A program made the translations under genes and the position numbers. A stretch of 64,000 nt of DNA from an uncultured Candidatus Saccharibacteria bacterium (GTDB lineage Bacteria; Patescibacteriota; Minisyncoccia; Phycocordibacterales; UBA5272). Below the pieces are notes generated by a model, which saw only the letters and a program-made list of their open reading frames with translations, was not told the DNA's origin and ran no database searches. This document shows positions 36,175 to 46,163 of this stretch, one piece after another; position 1 is the first letter of the stretch; each line of letters opens with the position of its first letter. The stretch spans positions 2,237-66,236 of the forward strand of contig CAYJED010000005.1 of NCBI GenBank assembly GCA_964369115.1. Direction: 5' to 3'.

Positions 36175-36537
36175 ATGATGAAATCTATCCTGAGCTCAAG
36201 TATTTTTCTTTTTGTCATTTTGTGTGCGTCTTTTTTTATTTTTGACCCGACTCATCTTTATTATGAACTCCCGTGGCTCGATATTCCGATGCATGTTTTG
36301 GGCGGCATAGGAATCAGTTTTTTTTACCTTGCTGTAGAAAAGTATAGAAAAAAAACTATTTCATATAAAAAACTTCTTGTTTTTTATCTTATTATTGCGA
36401 TTGGTTGGGAGTTGTATGAGATTGTTAAAGATACTATCCATTCACTTCCTTGGAATAGCACGAGCGATACTGTTTCTGATGTTATTAATGGTTGGATTGG
36501 CGTATGTGTAGGGTATTTTATTAGTAAGAAAAAATAA
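36175..36537 (+). CDS. Small polytopic membrane protein (hypothetical)
   Basis: Hydrophobic helices begin at MMKSILSSSIFLFVILCASFF. The upstream extension to 36043 is poorly supported. Confidence 0.35.
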   Translation: MMKSILSSSIFLFVILCASFFIFDPTHLYYELPWLDIPMHVLGGIGISFFYLAVEKYRKKTISYKKLLVFYLIIAIGWELYEIVKDTIHSLPWNSTSDTVSDVINGWIGVCVGYFISKKK

Positions 36538-36540
36538 TTT

Positions 36541-37914
36541 ATGGCAACATTTAAGGTAACATTTGCAGGAGGTGCACAAATGCCGACAGGGTCTAACTTT
36601 TTAGTTGAGTTTGGGGGTAAAAAAATTCTCGTTGATTGTGGGCTTGTTCAAGGGGAGAAGTATGCTATGCCAATTAACAGTGAAGCTTTTTCGTACGATC
36701 CGCAGAGCATTGATATGCTTTTTGTTACCCACGCTCACTTAGATCATGTTGGACGTATCCCAAAACTTGTAAAAGATGGTTTTAAGGGTGAGATTGTGAG
36801 TACTGCACCAACGCGTGATATGGGGGAGCTTATTATGCTTGATTCGTATAAACTTCTTGCCAAAGAATCTGCTCAGATGGGGCTACCTTCTATTTATGAT
36901 GAGTCCCACGTACTTGAGTCTATGCGTTTATGGAACACAACACTTGAGTATGGTCAAAAGTTTTCAATCGCCACCAATGAAGGAGATGCTACAGTTATTT
37001 TGCGCGACGCGGGGCATATTTTAGGGAGTTCGATTATCGAACTTGAATATAAGGGTAAAAAAATTGCTTTTACAGGAGATCTTGGGAATACACCGTCTCC
37101 TCTTATGAGAAATACTGAAGAGCTTAAAGGGGTTGATTACCTGGTAATGGAAAGTGTGTACGGAGATAGAAATCATGAAGATAAAGATGAACGTATCTCA
37201 ATCTTTAAAGAAGCGGTTACTTCTACTATCAAAAAAGGAGGCACTGTGCTTATTCCAGCTTTTTCTATCGAGAGAACTCAAGAAATTCTACTTGCTTTTA
37301 ATGAGCTTGTGGAAAAAGGAGATATTCCAGAAGTTCCTGTTTACCTTAACTCTCCTCTTGGTATCAATATCACTAAGGTCTACAAAAAATATGATCACTG
37401 GTTTAATCAAAATATTGAAGCGATTATTAAAAGTGGAGATGATATCTTCAACTTTAAAGGCCTCATTCAAACTCCTTCACCTGAAGAAAGTAAAGCAATT
37501 AATCATGATCATAGACCAAAGGTTATTATTGCGGGAAGTGGTATGTCAAATGGTGGACGCATTGTTCATCATGAAGAACAATATTTACCAGACCCAAAGA
37601 GTACAATTATTATTGTTGGATATCAGGCAGTAAATACGCTTGGAAGAAGAATTGTTGATAAAGCAAAAGAGGTGATAATTCATGGTCACCCTGTAAAAGT
37701 GAATGCTCGTGTTGTAAATATCCACGGCTTTTCTGCTCATAAAGACTCTGATAATCTTATTCGTTTTGTTGAGCCAACAAAAGATTCTCTTAAGAAAGTT
37801 TTTGTTGTTCTTGGTGAACCAAAGAGCGCGTATTTCCTTGGTCAGCGTATTCATGAAGAATATGGAGTTCCTGTTACCGTACCTGAGCGTGGAGATGTTG
37901 TAGAGCTCGACTAA
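36541..37914 (+). CDS. MBL-fold metallo-hydrolase, beta-CASP family (RNA-processing nuclease-like)
   Basis: HAHLDHVGRIP (HxHxDH), downstream Asp/His motifs, and a beta-CASP region with a C-terminal His (IHGFSAHKD). Confidence 0.7.
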   Translation: MATFKVTFAGGAQMPTGSNFLVEFGGKKILVDCGLVQGEKYAMPINSEAFSYDPQSIDMLFVTHAHLDHVGRIPKLVKDGFKGEIVSTAPTRDMGELIMLDSYKLLAKESAQMGLPSIYDESHVLESMRLWNTTLEYGQKFSIATNEGDATVILRDAGHILGSSIIELEYKGKKIAFTGDLGNTPSPLMRNTEELKGVDYLVMESVYGDRNHEDKDERISIFKEAVTSTIKKGGTVLIPAFSIERTQEILLAFNELVEKGDIPEVPVYLNSPLGINITKVYKKYDHWFNQNIEAIIKSGDDIFNFKGLIQTPSPEESKAINHDHRPKVIIAGSGMSNGGRIVHHEEQYLPDPKSTIIIVGYQAVNTLGRRIVDKAKEVIIHGHPVKVNARVVNIHGFSAHKDSDNLIRFVEPTKDSLKKVFVVLGEPKSAYFLGQRIHEEYGVPVTVPERGDVVELD

Positions 37915-37960
37915 TTCCACTATCAATTACCATCTATTCTTATATACTGTAGATATATTT

Positions 37961-38539
37961 ATGCAAGACAACTCACAAAGAATTACTATTAGTGTTTCAG
38001 GGGCTGCTGAAATTGCACATTGCGGACCTTCTGTTATTCCTGTCGCAAAAGAGCTTGGAAGAGAAATCGCAAGGCAAGGGGCGCAGATTATCACAGGAGC
38101 AACGAGCGGGTTTCCTCTTTATGCAGCTGAGGGTGCAAAAGAAGTTGGGGGGTTTTCTTTCGGTCTTTCGCCTGCTGCAAGTAAGAGAGAGCATGTTGAA
38201 GTGTACCGTCTTCCAACAAAAGCAATGGATACAATTATTTATACAGGGTTTGGTTTTCCTGGTCGTGATCTTATGCTTATTCGGTCTTCAGATGCGGTTG
38301 TTATTGGGTGTGGGCGTATTGGAACCATTCATGAGTTTACTGTTGCCTGGGAGGCAAATATGCCTCTTGGTGTGCTTGAAGGAGAGTGGGCAACAGATGA
38401 AGTAATTAGAAATATTATTAAGAACAGTAATCGAACTAATCCAAACGTAGTTTTTGATAAAGACCCTAAAAGAATTGTAGAAAAGTTAATTGAGATGGTA
38501 AAAAAACAAGGACCTAATGAAAGGGAGATGAGGCTTTAG
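37961..38539 (+). CDS. LOG/TIGR00725-like Rossmann-fold protein (SLOG superfamily)
   Basis: ITISVSGAAEI...PVAKELGREIARQGAQIITGATSGFPLYAAEGAKEVGGFSFGL resembles LOG/DprA-like nucleotide-binding proteins. Confidence 0.5.
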   Translation: MQDNSQRITISVSGAAEIAHCGPSVIPVAKELGREIARQGAQIITGATSGFPLYAAEGAKEVGGFSFGLSPAASKREHVEVYRLPTKAMDTIIYTGFGFPGRDLMLIRSSDAVVIGCGRIGTIHEFTVAWEANMPLGVLEGEWATDEVIRNIIKNSNRTNPNVVFDKDPKRIVEKLIEMVKKQGPNEREMRL

Positions 38540-38556
38540 TGCATGAAAATAAAACA

Positions 38557-38588
38557 AAAGAGCGACGCCTACGGCGTCGCTCTTTTTG
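38557..38588 (+). terminator. Terminator after the LOG-like gene
   Basis: aagagcgacgcc-tac-ggcgtcgctctt + ttt. Confidence 0.55.
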
Positions 38589-38595
38589 CATAAAT

Positions 38596-38625
38596 AAAAA
38601 CCAGTTCACAGAGAACTGGTTTTTA
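38596..38625 (-). terminator. Terminator after rplT (minus strand)
   Basis: aaaaaccagttc-acaga-gaactggttttt. Confidence 0.55.
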
Positions 38626-38626
38626 T

Positions 38627-38974
38627 TTATGCATTTACTTCTTTTACGATACGAGCAAATGTTTCAGGGTTATCTTGTGCAAGCAGAGAAAGCATTTTAC
38701 GGTTGATAACCATACCTTTCTTTGTAAGCTTATCAATGAAAACACTGTAGGTGGTTCCGAGAGCTCGGAGGCCAGCGTTTAAGCGAACAGTGAAAAGGCG
38801 ACGCATGTCAGTTTTCTTATCTTTACGGTGCGCAAAAGCATGAGCTCCAGCATGGCGAAGTGCAACCTTCGCTTCAACTTCCTTCTTGCTGCGTCCAAAA
38901 CGATAGCCTTTTGCCGCCTTAAGCACATTACGGCGGTGCTTCATTGCAATACTGCTTCTTTTTACTCGTGACAT
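38627..38974 (-). CDS. rplT: 50S ribosomal protein L20
   Basis: MSRVKRSSIAMKHRRNVLKAAKGYRFGRS...AHRKDKK matches bL20 (MARVKRGVxARxRHKKxLKxAKGYxG). Confidence 0.85.
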   Translation of the reverse strand: MSRVKRSSIAMKHRRNVLKAAKGYRFGRSKKEVEAKVALRHAGAHAFAHRKDKKTDMRRLFTVRLNAGLRALGTTYSVFIDKLTKKGMVINRKMLSLLAQDNPETFARIVKEVNA

Positions 38975-39014
38975 GGTAGTTAAATTAAATAATTAAAATA
39001 GTTTTCTCAGAATT

Positions 39015-39203
39015 TTAGAGGAGTCCTGGAAGGAATCGAGATTTCTCCTTTCCTGTCATGGCGAACTCTTGAGAACGCTTTCCCGCAAGCTGCTTACTTC
39101 GAGAAGCTTTTGCGTTAAAGTGGTTGAGTCCTGGCTTACGCGCAAGAATCTTACCGTTTTTTGTTACTTTGAGACGCTTGAGGAATGACTTATTTGTTTT
39201 CAT
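39015..39203 (-). CDS. rpmI: 50S ribosomal protein L35
   Basis: MKTNKSFLKRLKVTKNGKILARKPGLNHFNAK... is bL35-like. It lies between infC and rplT. Confidence 0.75.
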   Translation of the reverse strand: MKTNKSFLKRLKVTKNGKILARKPGLNHFNAKASRSKQLAGKRSQEFAMTGKEKSRFLPGLL

Positions 39204-39302
39204 AGGTTTTATATCGCCTTTTCGATAGTTGGGGTATTATAGCACGTATTAATAGAGATATCAAGTGTTTTTTCTTTAAAAAGAGTAAGGGAAAAAGCTT
39301 AA

Positions 39303-39815
39303 TTACTTAGCTTTTTCAATAACTACCATCATTGATTTAGGAATTTTCTTAAGAGGTTCCGCAATTTTATAGTCCGCAGGAATAATAGCAAGGATACGTT
39401 CCATACGCTCCCGCAGAAAGCCTTCGTCCATATATTTGGTGCGACCTTTTAGCTGAAGATCGATTTTTACACGATGCCCCTCATTAATCCAGATCGCAGC
39501 TTTTTTAGCTTTGATCATAATGTCATTTTCACTAATTGAAACACTAATCTGAATGGTTTTTGTTTCGGTCGTATGAGCTTTTGCTTTTACTTCTTTTAGT
39601 TTTTTAGAAGTTTCGTAGGTATATTTACCGTAGTCAGCGATACGAGCAACAGGAGGGTCTGCTTGAGGTGAAACTTCAATTAAGTCGAGGTTTGAAGCTT
39701 TTGCTTTAGTTAAAGCTTCTTCTTTTGTAAGTACACCTAAATTTTCTCCGTTATGTCCAATGACACGAAGACGTGGGGCACGAATATTGTTATTGATGTT
39801 TACTTTTTCTGCCAA
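39303..39815 (-). CDS. infC: Translation initiation factor IF-3
   Basis: INNNIRAPRLRVIGHNGENLGVLTKEEALTKAKASNLDLIEVSPQADPPVARIADYGKYTYE. Confidence 0.85.
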   Translation of the reverse strand: MAEKVNINNNIRAPRLRVIGHNGENLGVLTKEEALTKAKASNLDLIEVSPQADPPVARIADYGKYTYETSKKLKEVKAKAHTTETKTIQISVSISENDIMIKAKKAAIWINEGHRVKIDLQLKGRTKYMDEGFLRERMERILAIIPADYKIAEPLKKIPKSMMVVIEKAK

Positions 39816-39865
39816 GGTGTTTTAAATTACCTATACTATACCATAAAAAACCTTAGAATACTAGA

Positions 39866-40669
39866 TTAAGCTTTTGGTAGAAGAGGTACAAAGGCACTTG
39901 TTTTTCTTTTGTAGTCTTCCCACTCAGGATCTCCTTTGAAACGTTCTTCAAGCATGGGTATACCTGAAACGTAGAGAAGGAGGTAGGTGATGAGTATTGG
40001 CGAAAGAAAAACGAACAATGATGAAGTAACAGAAAAGCTAATAATTCCAATTCCCCACCACATGGTGGACTCTCCAAAATAGTTAGGATGACGTGTATAT
40101 TTCCAAAGGCCGGTTTTTAAGATATGTCCCCTGTGAGAATCTGTGTTTTTTATAAAACGATCAAGTTGTGCGTCTCCTATTGTTTCAAACAAGAACCCAA
40201 TACACCAAAGTAACCCACCTAAAATGAGGCCGTTCCTTGAAAGCAGTGTCTCATTAATACTTAAGGTAAAAGGGAGGAGGATTATGCTTATAACTACTCC
40301 TTGAAGAATAAAAATTTGTAAGTAAGATCGTGCAAAAAAGTAAACCTTACCTTTTCGTAACCATAGTTTTCTCCATGCTGCGTATCTGAAATCTTCGCTT
40401 TTATGTAGCTTTTTTTTATATACCCGTAGCGATAGTCTTAGTCCCCAAATAGCAATAAGAGTAAAGAGTGCAACAGATACTGGGGCTATGTAGCCATAGC
40501 CATTATGTATTTTTATAAGGAGAAGAAAAGAAGCAATAATAAAAATACTACCGTAGGCAATATCGATGATACTGTTGTCTTTTTTGTGCTGCGCAATAAA
40601 AAATAAAAAAGTTGTACAACCAAATATAACAATAAGTGAAAATAAGTAGAAAGAAAAAGAGAGCATCAA
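39866..40669 (-). CDS. DUF1295 / steroid-5-alpha-reductase / ICMT-like membrane protein
   Basis: Polytopic protein with the C-terminal motif KYTRHPNYFGESTMWWG (RHPxYxGE...W). Confidence 0.5.
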   Translation of the reverse strand: MMLSFSFYLFSLIVIFGCTTFLFFIAQHKKDNSIIDIAYGSIFIIASFLLLIKIHNGYGYIAPVSVALFTLIAIWGLRLSLRVYKKKLHKSEDFRYAAWRKLWLRKGKVYFFARSYLQIFILQGVVISIILLPFTLSINETLLSRNGLILGGLLWCIGFLFETIGDAQLDRFIKNTDSHRGHILKTGLWKYTRHPNYFGESTMWWGIGIISFSVTSSLFVFLSPILITYLLLYVSGIPMLEERFKGDPEWEDYKRKTSAFVPLLPKA

Positions 40670-40749
40670 AAAAGTATAGCAAATAAAATAGTTCTACTGT
40701 TCACACAGAAGATGCAACTATTCGCTATTTTTAAGGTACACTAGTATAT

Positions 40750-42150
40750 ATGAGTATCATTAGAAAAAGTGTCGGTACTGGAATTATTATTTTTATTTTC
40801 ATGACACATCAGGCTTTTGCGGTATCTCTTTTAGAGAGTATTCCAATAAGTTGTTTTAATTCTCCGTATTATAAATACGGAAGTGTTCAGGCAAAAGTTA
40901 ATCAGAAACTTGCCACAGTTGAAGCTGGAAACGATTTGCCTTTTGGTGGGGTGATTATTAATAATAATCAGCATCCAATTTCCGAGGCACTTCTTTACGT
41001 AAAAATTGTCGAGGCAAAAAAAGGTCCGTGGGTGCAACGTAACGGCTACAATGTTGTGGATCAATTTGTTGCCGTGCGAGATCTTCCAATTGCTGCAAGT
41101 AGTTCAAAACAGATTACGTTTACATGGAAAACCCCAAAAGGGTTAGCTCCAGGGGAGTATAGAGCTCTTTACTATGTTTCTCTTAAAGAAGATAAAGACA
41201 TTAGCGGTCTTAATTTTTCTGATGATATCACAGCAAATCAGACTTCATTTAAAGTAACTTCAAAACAAGTAGATAATGCTCCTGTTTTTTTTGTAAAAGA
41301 CAAAGTAACACTTAATGGTATGGCGAATGAATTTGCTCGACCTCAGCTTGAGTTTTTGGCTGGGACGCCTGTCACCTTAAAAGCAACCCTAAAGAACCCT
41401 TCAAAGAAAGAGACTAAAGTTATCGTGACATATAAATATACCGACTGGGGACCACTTTTTGGAACACCAGAAGTAACTCGAGAATCTTTTGTAATCCCTG
41501 CAGGTAAGACGCAGGAAATTACAAAAACCTTTTATTCAAAAGGATATGTTGCTCCGTTTATTTTGGTGAGTGCATACGATGAAACAACTGGAGTAAAGTC
41601 CGAGCTTAATATTCGCTACAGTGATGATAAAAAAGGGGTTCGTGCTCACTACCTTGGGGTAATGAAGTTTCCATTAAAAGAAGATGAACAAACTGAGGTC
41701 TATACATGTTTTCATGCTCTTAATGAAACTGGATATGGAAATGGACAAGTAAAAGTAGAGTTAAGAGGATATGATAGAAGTGGTCGTGAAATCTTCAGTA
41801 AAGAAGAAATGACATCTTCTACCAATCTTCCAAAACAGGGTCTTGCGTACAAGCTTCAAGCAACACGAGATATTACCTATCTTAAACTTGAATCTGTTAT
41901 AACGGCCGACGGTGTAACATATAGTGCTGCAACAACTTATGATTGTTTAATTCTTAATAACTGCCCTGAGCTTAAGTACAAAGGAACAGATTTGTATAAA
42001 CAGGCAAACAAGGAACGCTCTGGTACTTCTCCGTTCTTTGCAGGGACTGTTGCGGGAATATTATTTATTCTTATTACTGGAAGCACAGTGTTTTTCTTAA
42101 GAAAAAAAATCTTTAAAGATAAAGAAAGTGAAAAGCCTGTAAATAATTAA
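40750..42150 (+). CDS. Secreted, C-terminally TM-anchored surface protein (hypothetical)
   Basis: Signal-peptide-like N-terminus, a beta-rich body, and a C-terminal helix FFAGTVAGILFILITGSTVFFL followed by RKK. Confidence 0.4.
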   Translation: MSIIRKSVGTGIIIFIFMTHQAFAVSLLESIPISCFNSPYYKYGSVQAKVNQKLATVEAGNDLPFGGVIINNNQHPISEALLYVKIVEAKKGPWVQRNGYNVVDQFVAVRDLPIAASSSKQITFTWKTPKGLAPGEYRALYYVSLKEDKDISGLNFSDDITANQTSFKVTSKQVDNAPVFFVKDKVTLNGMANEFARPQLEFLAGTPVTLKATLKNPSKKETKVIVTYKYTDWGPLFGTPEVTRESFVIPAGKTQEITKTFYSKGYVAPFILVSAYDETTGVKSELNIRYSDDKKGVRAHYLGVMKFPLKEDEQTEVYTCFHALNETGYGNGQVKVELRGYDRSGREIFSKEEMTSSTNLPKQGLAYKLQATRDITYLKLESVITADGVTYSAATTYDCLILNNCPELKYKGTDLYKQANKERSGTSPFFAGTVAGILFILITGSTVFFLRKKIFKDKESEKPVNN

Positions 42151-42155
42151 AAATC

Positions 42156-42920
42156 ATGAAAAAAATACTCATAGCAAGTTTTTTTATAGTAGCGATTGTT
42201 CAAAGTGCTTTTGCGGGAAGTGTAACAGTTGATATACCAGATACTCCGTCAGGGGGGACCGAATTTGGGTCGCCGTATAGTCAGGTAACGTATACAGGAC
42301 GCGTTATAAATCAACTTGGACAAGAAATATCTGAAGGCGGTAGGGTTAAGGTTGGCGATGTTTTGACCCTGGTGAAAGATTCGTATTCAGATAATACGCA
42401 GATTTATTATTTCTGTCCAGCTGGCCCAAATCCCGGTTCTCCATACGGTTATTGGAATAATAACCCAACTTCACAAAATGGAGATCTTTATGTTAAGCCA
42501 CCTGTTACAAACATTTCAGTACAAGGTTTTTCTGTGAATCCATATTTTACATGTTGGTATGATGGTGAATCTTGTGATCCTTACAGTAACCCCGAGTGTC
42601 AAGTTTGTGGGTTAAACACAGACGCTCCTGAGTATGATCCAAAAAGTGATGCTCCAGGTGGTGTAAATTGTGTAGCAAATACTTGCACAATAACAGGAGC
42701 AGGAAATATTAAAGCAACTTTTGTTATGAGCGAAACTGATTTTCGTTCAAACTACTCTACTTCTGCTCGACACAATTCATGCACAACCAATGTAAATGGA
42801 AAAGTTTCGGCAACTGGTTTTACTATAAGTTTTTTTGCAGAATCGTTGGCGCCAAATGTAGAAATTCGCTTTAGTTTTTTTGAAAAAGTGAAAAGTTTCC
42901 TGAAAGAGATGTTTTCGTAA
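42156..42920 (+). CDS. Secreted Cys-rich protein (hypothetical)
   Basis: Signal peptide MKKILIASFFIVAIVQSAFA and multiple Cys pairs in the mature part. Confidence 0.4.
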   Translation: MKKILIASFFIVAIVQSAFAGSVTVDIPDTPSGGTEFGSPYSQVTYTGRVINQLGQEISEGGRVKVGDVLTLVKDSYSDNTQIYYFCPAGPNPGSPYGYWNNNPTSQNGDLYVKPPVTNISVQGFSVNPYFTCWYDGESCDPYSNPECQVCGLNTDAPEYDPKSDAPGGVNCVANTCTITGAGNIKATFVMSETDFRSNYSTSARHNSCTTNVNGKVSATGFTISFFAESLAPNVEIRFSFFEKVKSFLKEMFS

Positions 42921-42925
42921 AAAAT

Positions 42926-42960
42926 AAAACCACTATAGAAATATAGTGGTTTTATTTTTA
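42926..42960 (+). terminator. Rho-independent terminator
   Basis: aaaccactata-gaaa-tatagtggttt + tatttttat. Confidence 0.55.
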
Positions 42961-43259
42961 TATATTGGTGGGTCGACCGCAAAACTTTCTCGTCGCAAGC
43001 TCCTCGAAAATGTTTCGCGACTCTCATTCGACTCCGACGAAAGTGACGCAGATGGGCGGGGTCGCGAGTACGCTTTCGGTCACCGCTACGGCTCGTTTCA
43101 AAAAGTTTTACTTTTTTCATCTCGGCACGTAGCCTCGACCCCGAGAAAAACCGACAAAATTATAAGCATAAAAGTCTGAAATAAAACTTTTTATACTTAT
43201 AATTTCGTAGACCGGTTTTTCGTTCGACCCCGACATAAGTTAGTTTTGACTAACTTATT

Positions 43260-43324
43260 CCCATCTCCACAAAATTAAAATACTCCACCTAAAAGGTGGA
43301 GTATTTTAATTTTGTGGAGATGGG
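43260..43324. repeat. Perfect 30-bp palindrome (inverted repeat with 5-nt loop) overlapping the 3' end of ssrA
   Basis: cccatctccacaaaattaaaatactccacc / taaaa / ggtggagtattttaattttgtggagatggg. Confidence 0.8.
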
Positions 43325-43705
43325 CGGGGTCGAACCGCCGTGTCACATGGTAGTGTATACACTTCTACGATATGTAGTTTGCTTTTTGTGTTCACAGAAG
43401 CAATAAAAAACAAACGAAAGCTACTTCTGTAGAGCATGCGATTATTTCAGATGAAATATGATGCAAGACCTCATCCTACATCTTCTGTCATATTGCTGAG
43501 TTCATTTCCGAAGATACGAAATGAGTCAACACCAGATCGGCCTTAAATTTAGGCGAATGCTGGAACTAGTCCTGCCATATATGGCGAAGGAATAGCCTTA
43601 CCAGTTGATTTTGCAACATGGTTACTCAAACGTTAACGAGTGCTTGAGTACTCTCGATATCGCGCCTACACACTATGCATATGATCGAAGCCAAAGTACA
43701 TCCCC
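43315..43705 (-). ncRNA. ssrA: tmRNA (SsrA)
   Basis: The minus strand 5' end GGGGAUGUACUUUGGCUUCGAUCA matches the tmRNA 5' consensus (GGGGcUGauUcUGGaUUCGAc). The 3' end carries a T-arm GGCGG-UUCGACC-CCGCC followed by CAUCUCC and discriminator A. The acceptor GGGGAUG/CAUCUCC pairs with a G3:U70 wobble. A candidate resume codon GCA sits near nt ~92. The gene is immediately downstream of smpB. Confidence 0.65.
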
Positions 43706-43709
43706 ATTT

Positions 43710-44141
43710 TTAGTGCTCGCGTAACTCTCTACGTGAAATATCTTTTTTAATCAATTCACGTTTATCGTTTGTGGTTTTTTTCTTACACAAAGCAATATCG
43801 CATTTAACGAGACCTTTTTTAAGATATAACGAATGTGGGGCAAGTGTCAAGGTTTTAGCTGTCTCTGTATCGGAAAGTTTATAAAGCTCTTCTTTTTTAA
43901 GGAGAAGGCGACGTGTTCGGTAGGGGTCGTATGATTTTGGAGTATTTGCTGGCTGGTATGCTGGAATATATCCACCCACTAAAAACCCTTCACCTCCACG
44001 AATAATAATACGTGCACCATCAAGTGATCCAAGCTTACTTCGAAGGGATTTTACTTCAAAACCAAACAGTTCTACACCGGCTTCAATATTTTCGGTAATA
44101 GTGTAGGTGAGATGCAGTTTTTTATACTCAATAAGACGCAT
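43710..44141 (-). CDS. smpB: SsrA-binding protein
   Basis: FEVKSLRSKLGSLDGARIIIRGGEGFLVGGYIPAYQ...YRTRRLLLKKEEL. Confidence 0.85.
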   Translation of the reverse strand: MRLIEYKKLHLTYTITENIEAGVELFGFEVKSLRSKLGSLDGARIIIRGGEGFLVGGYIPAYQPANTPKSYDPYRTRRLLLKKEELYKLSDTETAKTLTLAPHSLYLKKGLVKCDIALCKKKTTNDKRELIKKDISRRELREH

Positions 44142-44185
44142 ATCGTAATTATAGATGCTATTGTACCATGTGATAGAATACCATC

Positions 44186-46090
44186 ATGAAAAGAATGAAA
44201 TTACCAAACATGAAAAAAGAAAAGACAAGTAAGGGGTCGACTAAGACTTCTTCACCTGCAAAGCCTGCAAGCTTCTCACAGCAGCTGTTAGGAACATTTA
44301 TTATCTTTATGTGTCTTGCTTGGGGGTATTCATTGCTCACAAGTAATAAAGAAGTGGCAATCGTTCCGCTCTCTTCATTTGCACAAATGGTGCAAAAGCA
44401 AGAAATTTCTGTGGTAGAAGTAAAAGGTGATACGCTCACTGCAACTACAGCATCAGGAACGAAAATTACCGCAAAGAAAGAAGAAGGAGCTTCAGTATTT
44501 TCAACGCTCGCAGCTTATGGTGTAAGTTCTGGCACTCTTGCAACAACAACAATTACCATTGTTAATGAGCGAGGCCTTTCATTTTGGGGGTCACTTATTC
44601 CAATTCTTCTTCCAATCCTTTTCTTAGGGTTTATGATTTGGTACCTTGCGCGTGGTATTAAGGGTGCAAACGTTCAGGCGCTTTCATTTGGACAGTCTCG
44701 TGCAAAAATTATTTATCCAGATGATACAAAAGAAAAGATAACATTTAAAGATGTAGCAGGAGCAAAAGAAGCAAAGGAGGAGCTTGCTGAAATTGTAGAG
44801 TTTCTTCGTGCTCCAAAGAAGTTTACTGATATTGGTGCAGAGATTCCAAAAGGTGTGCTTCTTATGGGGGCGCCTGGAACAGGAAAAACCATGCTCGCTC
44901 GCGCTGTAGCAGGGGAGGCTGGAGTGCCATTCTTTCATCTATCTGGATCTGAATTTGAAGAAATGTTTGTAGGTGTTGGTGCGTCACGTGTGAGAGATCT
45001 CTTTGATATGGCAAAGAAGGCAGCGCCAGCTATTATTTTTATTGATGAGATTGATGCGGTAGGACGTGCTCGCTCTGCTTCAATTGGTGGACAAGGTGAA
45101 GGTCGTGAGCAGACACTTAATCAGATTCTAGTGGAGATGGATGGATTTGAGCCAACGATGAATCTCATTGTGATGGCAGCTACCAACCGTCCAGACGTGC
45201 TTGATAAAGCACTTCTTCGACCAGGACGCTTTGATCGTCGTGTAACACTCGATCTTCCTGATAGAGCAGATCGTGAAGCAATTCTTTCTGTACACGTAAA
45301 AACAAAACCACTTGCAGAAGATGTAAATCTTCGCGTCATTGCAGAGAGAACTCCTGGGTTTTCAGGAGCAGACCTCTACTCTCTTATGAATGAGTCTGCG
45401 ATCTTAGCTGCTCGTGAAGAGCGTAAAACTGTCGCCCAGTATGATCTTATTCGTTCAATTGAAAAGGTGATGCTTGGTCCTGAACGTAAGAGTCATGTTC
45501 TTTCACAGAAAGAAAAGAAGCTTACTGCATACCATGAAGCAGGGCATGCGCTTGTTGCATCAGTATTACCCGATGCTGATCCGGTACATAAGATTTCTAT
45601 TATCGCGAGAGGATCAGCTGGGGGGTACACACTTAAACTTCCACTTGATGAACGACGTCTCATGAGTCGTCAGACATTCCTAGATGATATTGCGATGTCA
45701 CTTGGTGGGTATGTTGCAGAAAAAGAAATTTTTGGTGACATTACAACCGGACCATCAAACGACCTTGAAGTTGCTTCAGCGATGGCGCGACAAATGGTTA
45801 CTCGTTATGGTATGAGTACGCTTGGCCCTATTGCTTTTATTCCAGAGGACTCACTTCGTGGTGTTTATAATAAAGAGCACAGTGAGGTATATGCTGAAAA
45901 AATTGATGACGAGGTAAAACGTATTATGGATGATGCTTGGAACAGAGCTCGACTCATCATTACTGAGTACCGTCATGTTCTTAATGCGATAGCTGAAGAA
46001 CTTATGCGTGTAGAAAATATTGAGCGTGAAGATTTTGAAAAACTTCTTCTTGTGCACGGTATTGCTCCAAAACGAATTACTGATAAGTAA
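44186..46090 (+). CDS. ftsH: ATP-dependent zinc metalloprotease FtsH
   Basis: Two N-terminal TM helices, the AAA module [15 protein letters not shown] (Walker A) with IIFIDEIDA (Walker B) and the SRH, and the protease motif HEAGHAL. Confidence 0.9.
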   Translation: MKRMKLPNMKKEKTSKGSTKTSSPAKPASFSQQLLGTFIIFMCLAWGYSLLTSNKEVAIVPLSSFAQMVQKQEISVVEVKGDTLTATTASGTKITAKKEEGASVFSTLAAYGVSSGTLATTTITIVNERGLSFWGSLIPILLPILFLGFMIWYLARGIKGANVQALSFGQSRAKIIYPDDTKEKITFKDVAGAKEAKEELAEIVEFLRAPKKFTDIGAEIPKGVLLMGAPGTGKTMLARAVAGEAGVPFFHLSGSEFEEMFVGVGASRVRDLFDMAKKAAPAIIFIDEIDAVGRARSASIGGQGEGREQTLNQILVEMDGFEPTMNLIVMAATNRPDVLDKALLRPGRFDRRVTLDLPDRADREAILSVHVKTKPLAEDVNLRVIAERTPGFSGADLYSLMNESAILAAREERKTVAQYDLIRSIEKVMLGPERKSHVLSQKEKKLTAYHEAGHALVASVLPDADPVHKISIIARGSAGGYTLKLPLDERRLMSRQTFLDDIAMSLGGYVAEKEIFGDITTGPSNDLEVASAMARQMVTRYGMSTLGPIAFIPEDSLRGVYNKEHSEVYAEKIDDEVKRIMDDAWNRARLIITEYRHVLNAIAEELMRVENIEREDFEKLLLVHGIAPKRITDK

Positions 46091-46093
46091 CAT

Positions 46094-46124
46094 AAAACCC
46101 CCCTTCAAAAAGAAAGGGGGTTTT
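46094..46124 (+). terminator. Terminator after ftsH
   Basis: aaaacccccc-ttcaaaaagaaa-gggggtttt. Confidence 0.5.
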
Positions 46125-46163
46125 ATAAAAAGAAACCGCCCAGTTGGGCGGAGGTGAAGTTTT

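Noticed and set aside
42752-43179. ORFs 42946-43179 (+) and 42752-43120 (-)
   Set aside because: They overlap a terminator and a GC-rich non-coding region that contains tmRNA-derived repeats. There is no RBS and no coding periodicity.
43315-43340. Apparent tRNA 3' half (T-arm GGCGG-TTCGACC-CCGCC + acceptor) on the minus strand
   Set aside because: No D-arm or anticodon arm lies upstream. It is the tRNA-like 3' domain of the tmRNA, whose 5' acceptor strand lies ~390 nt away at 43705.
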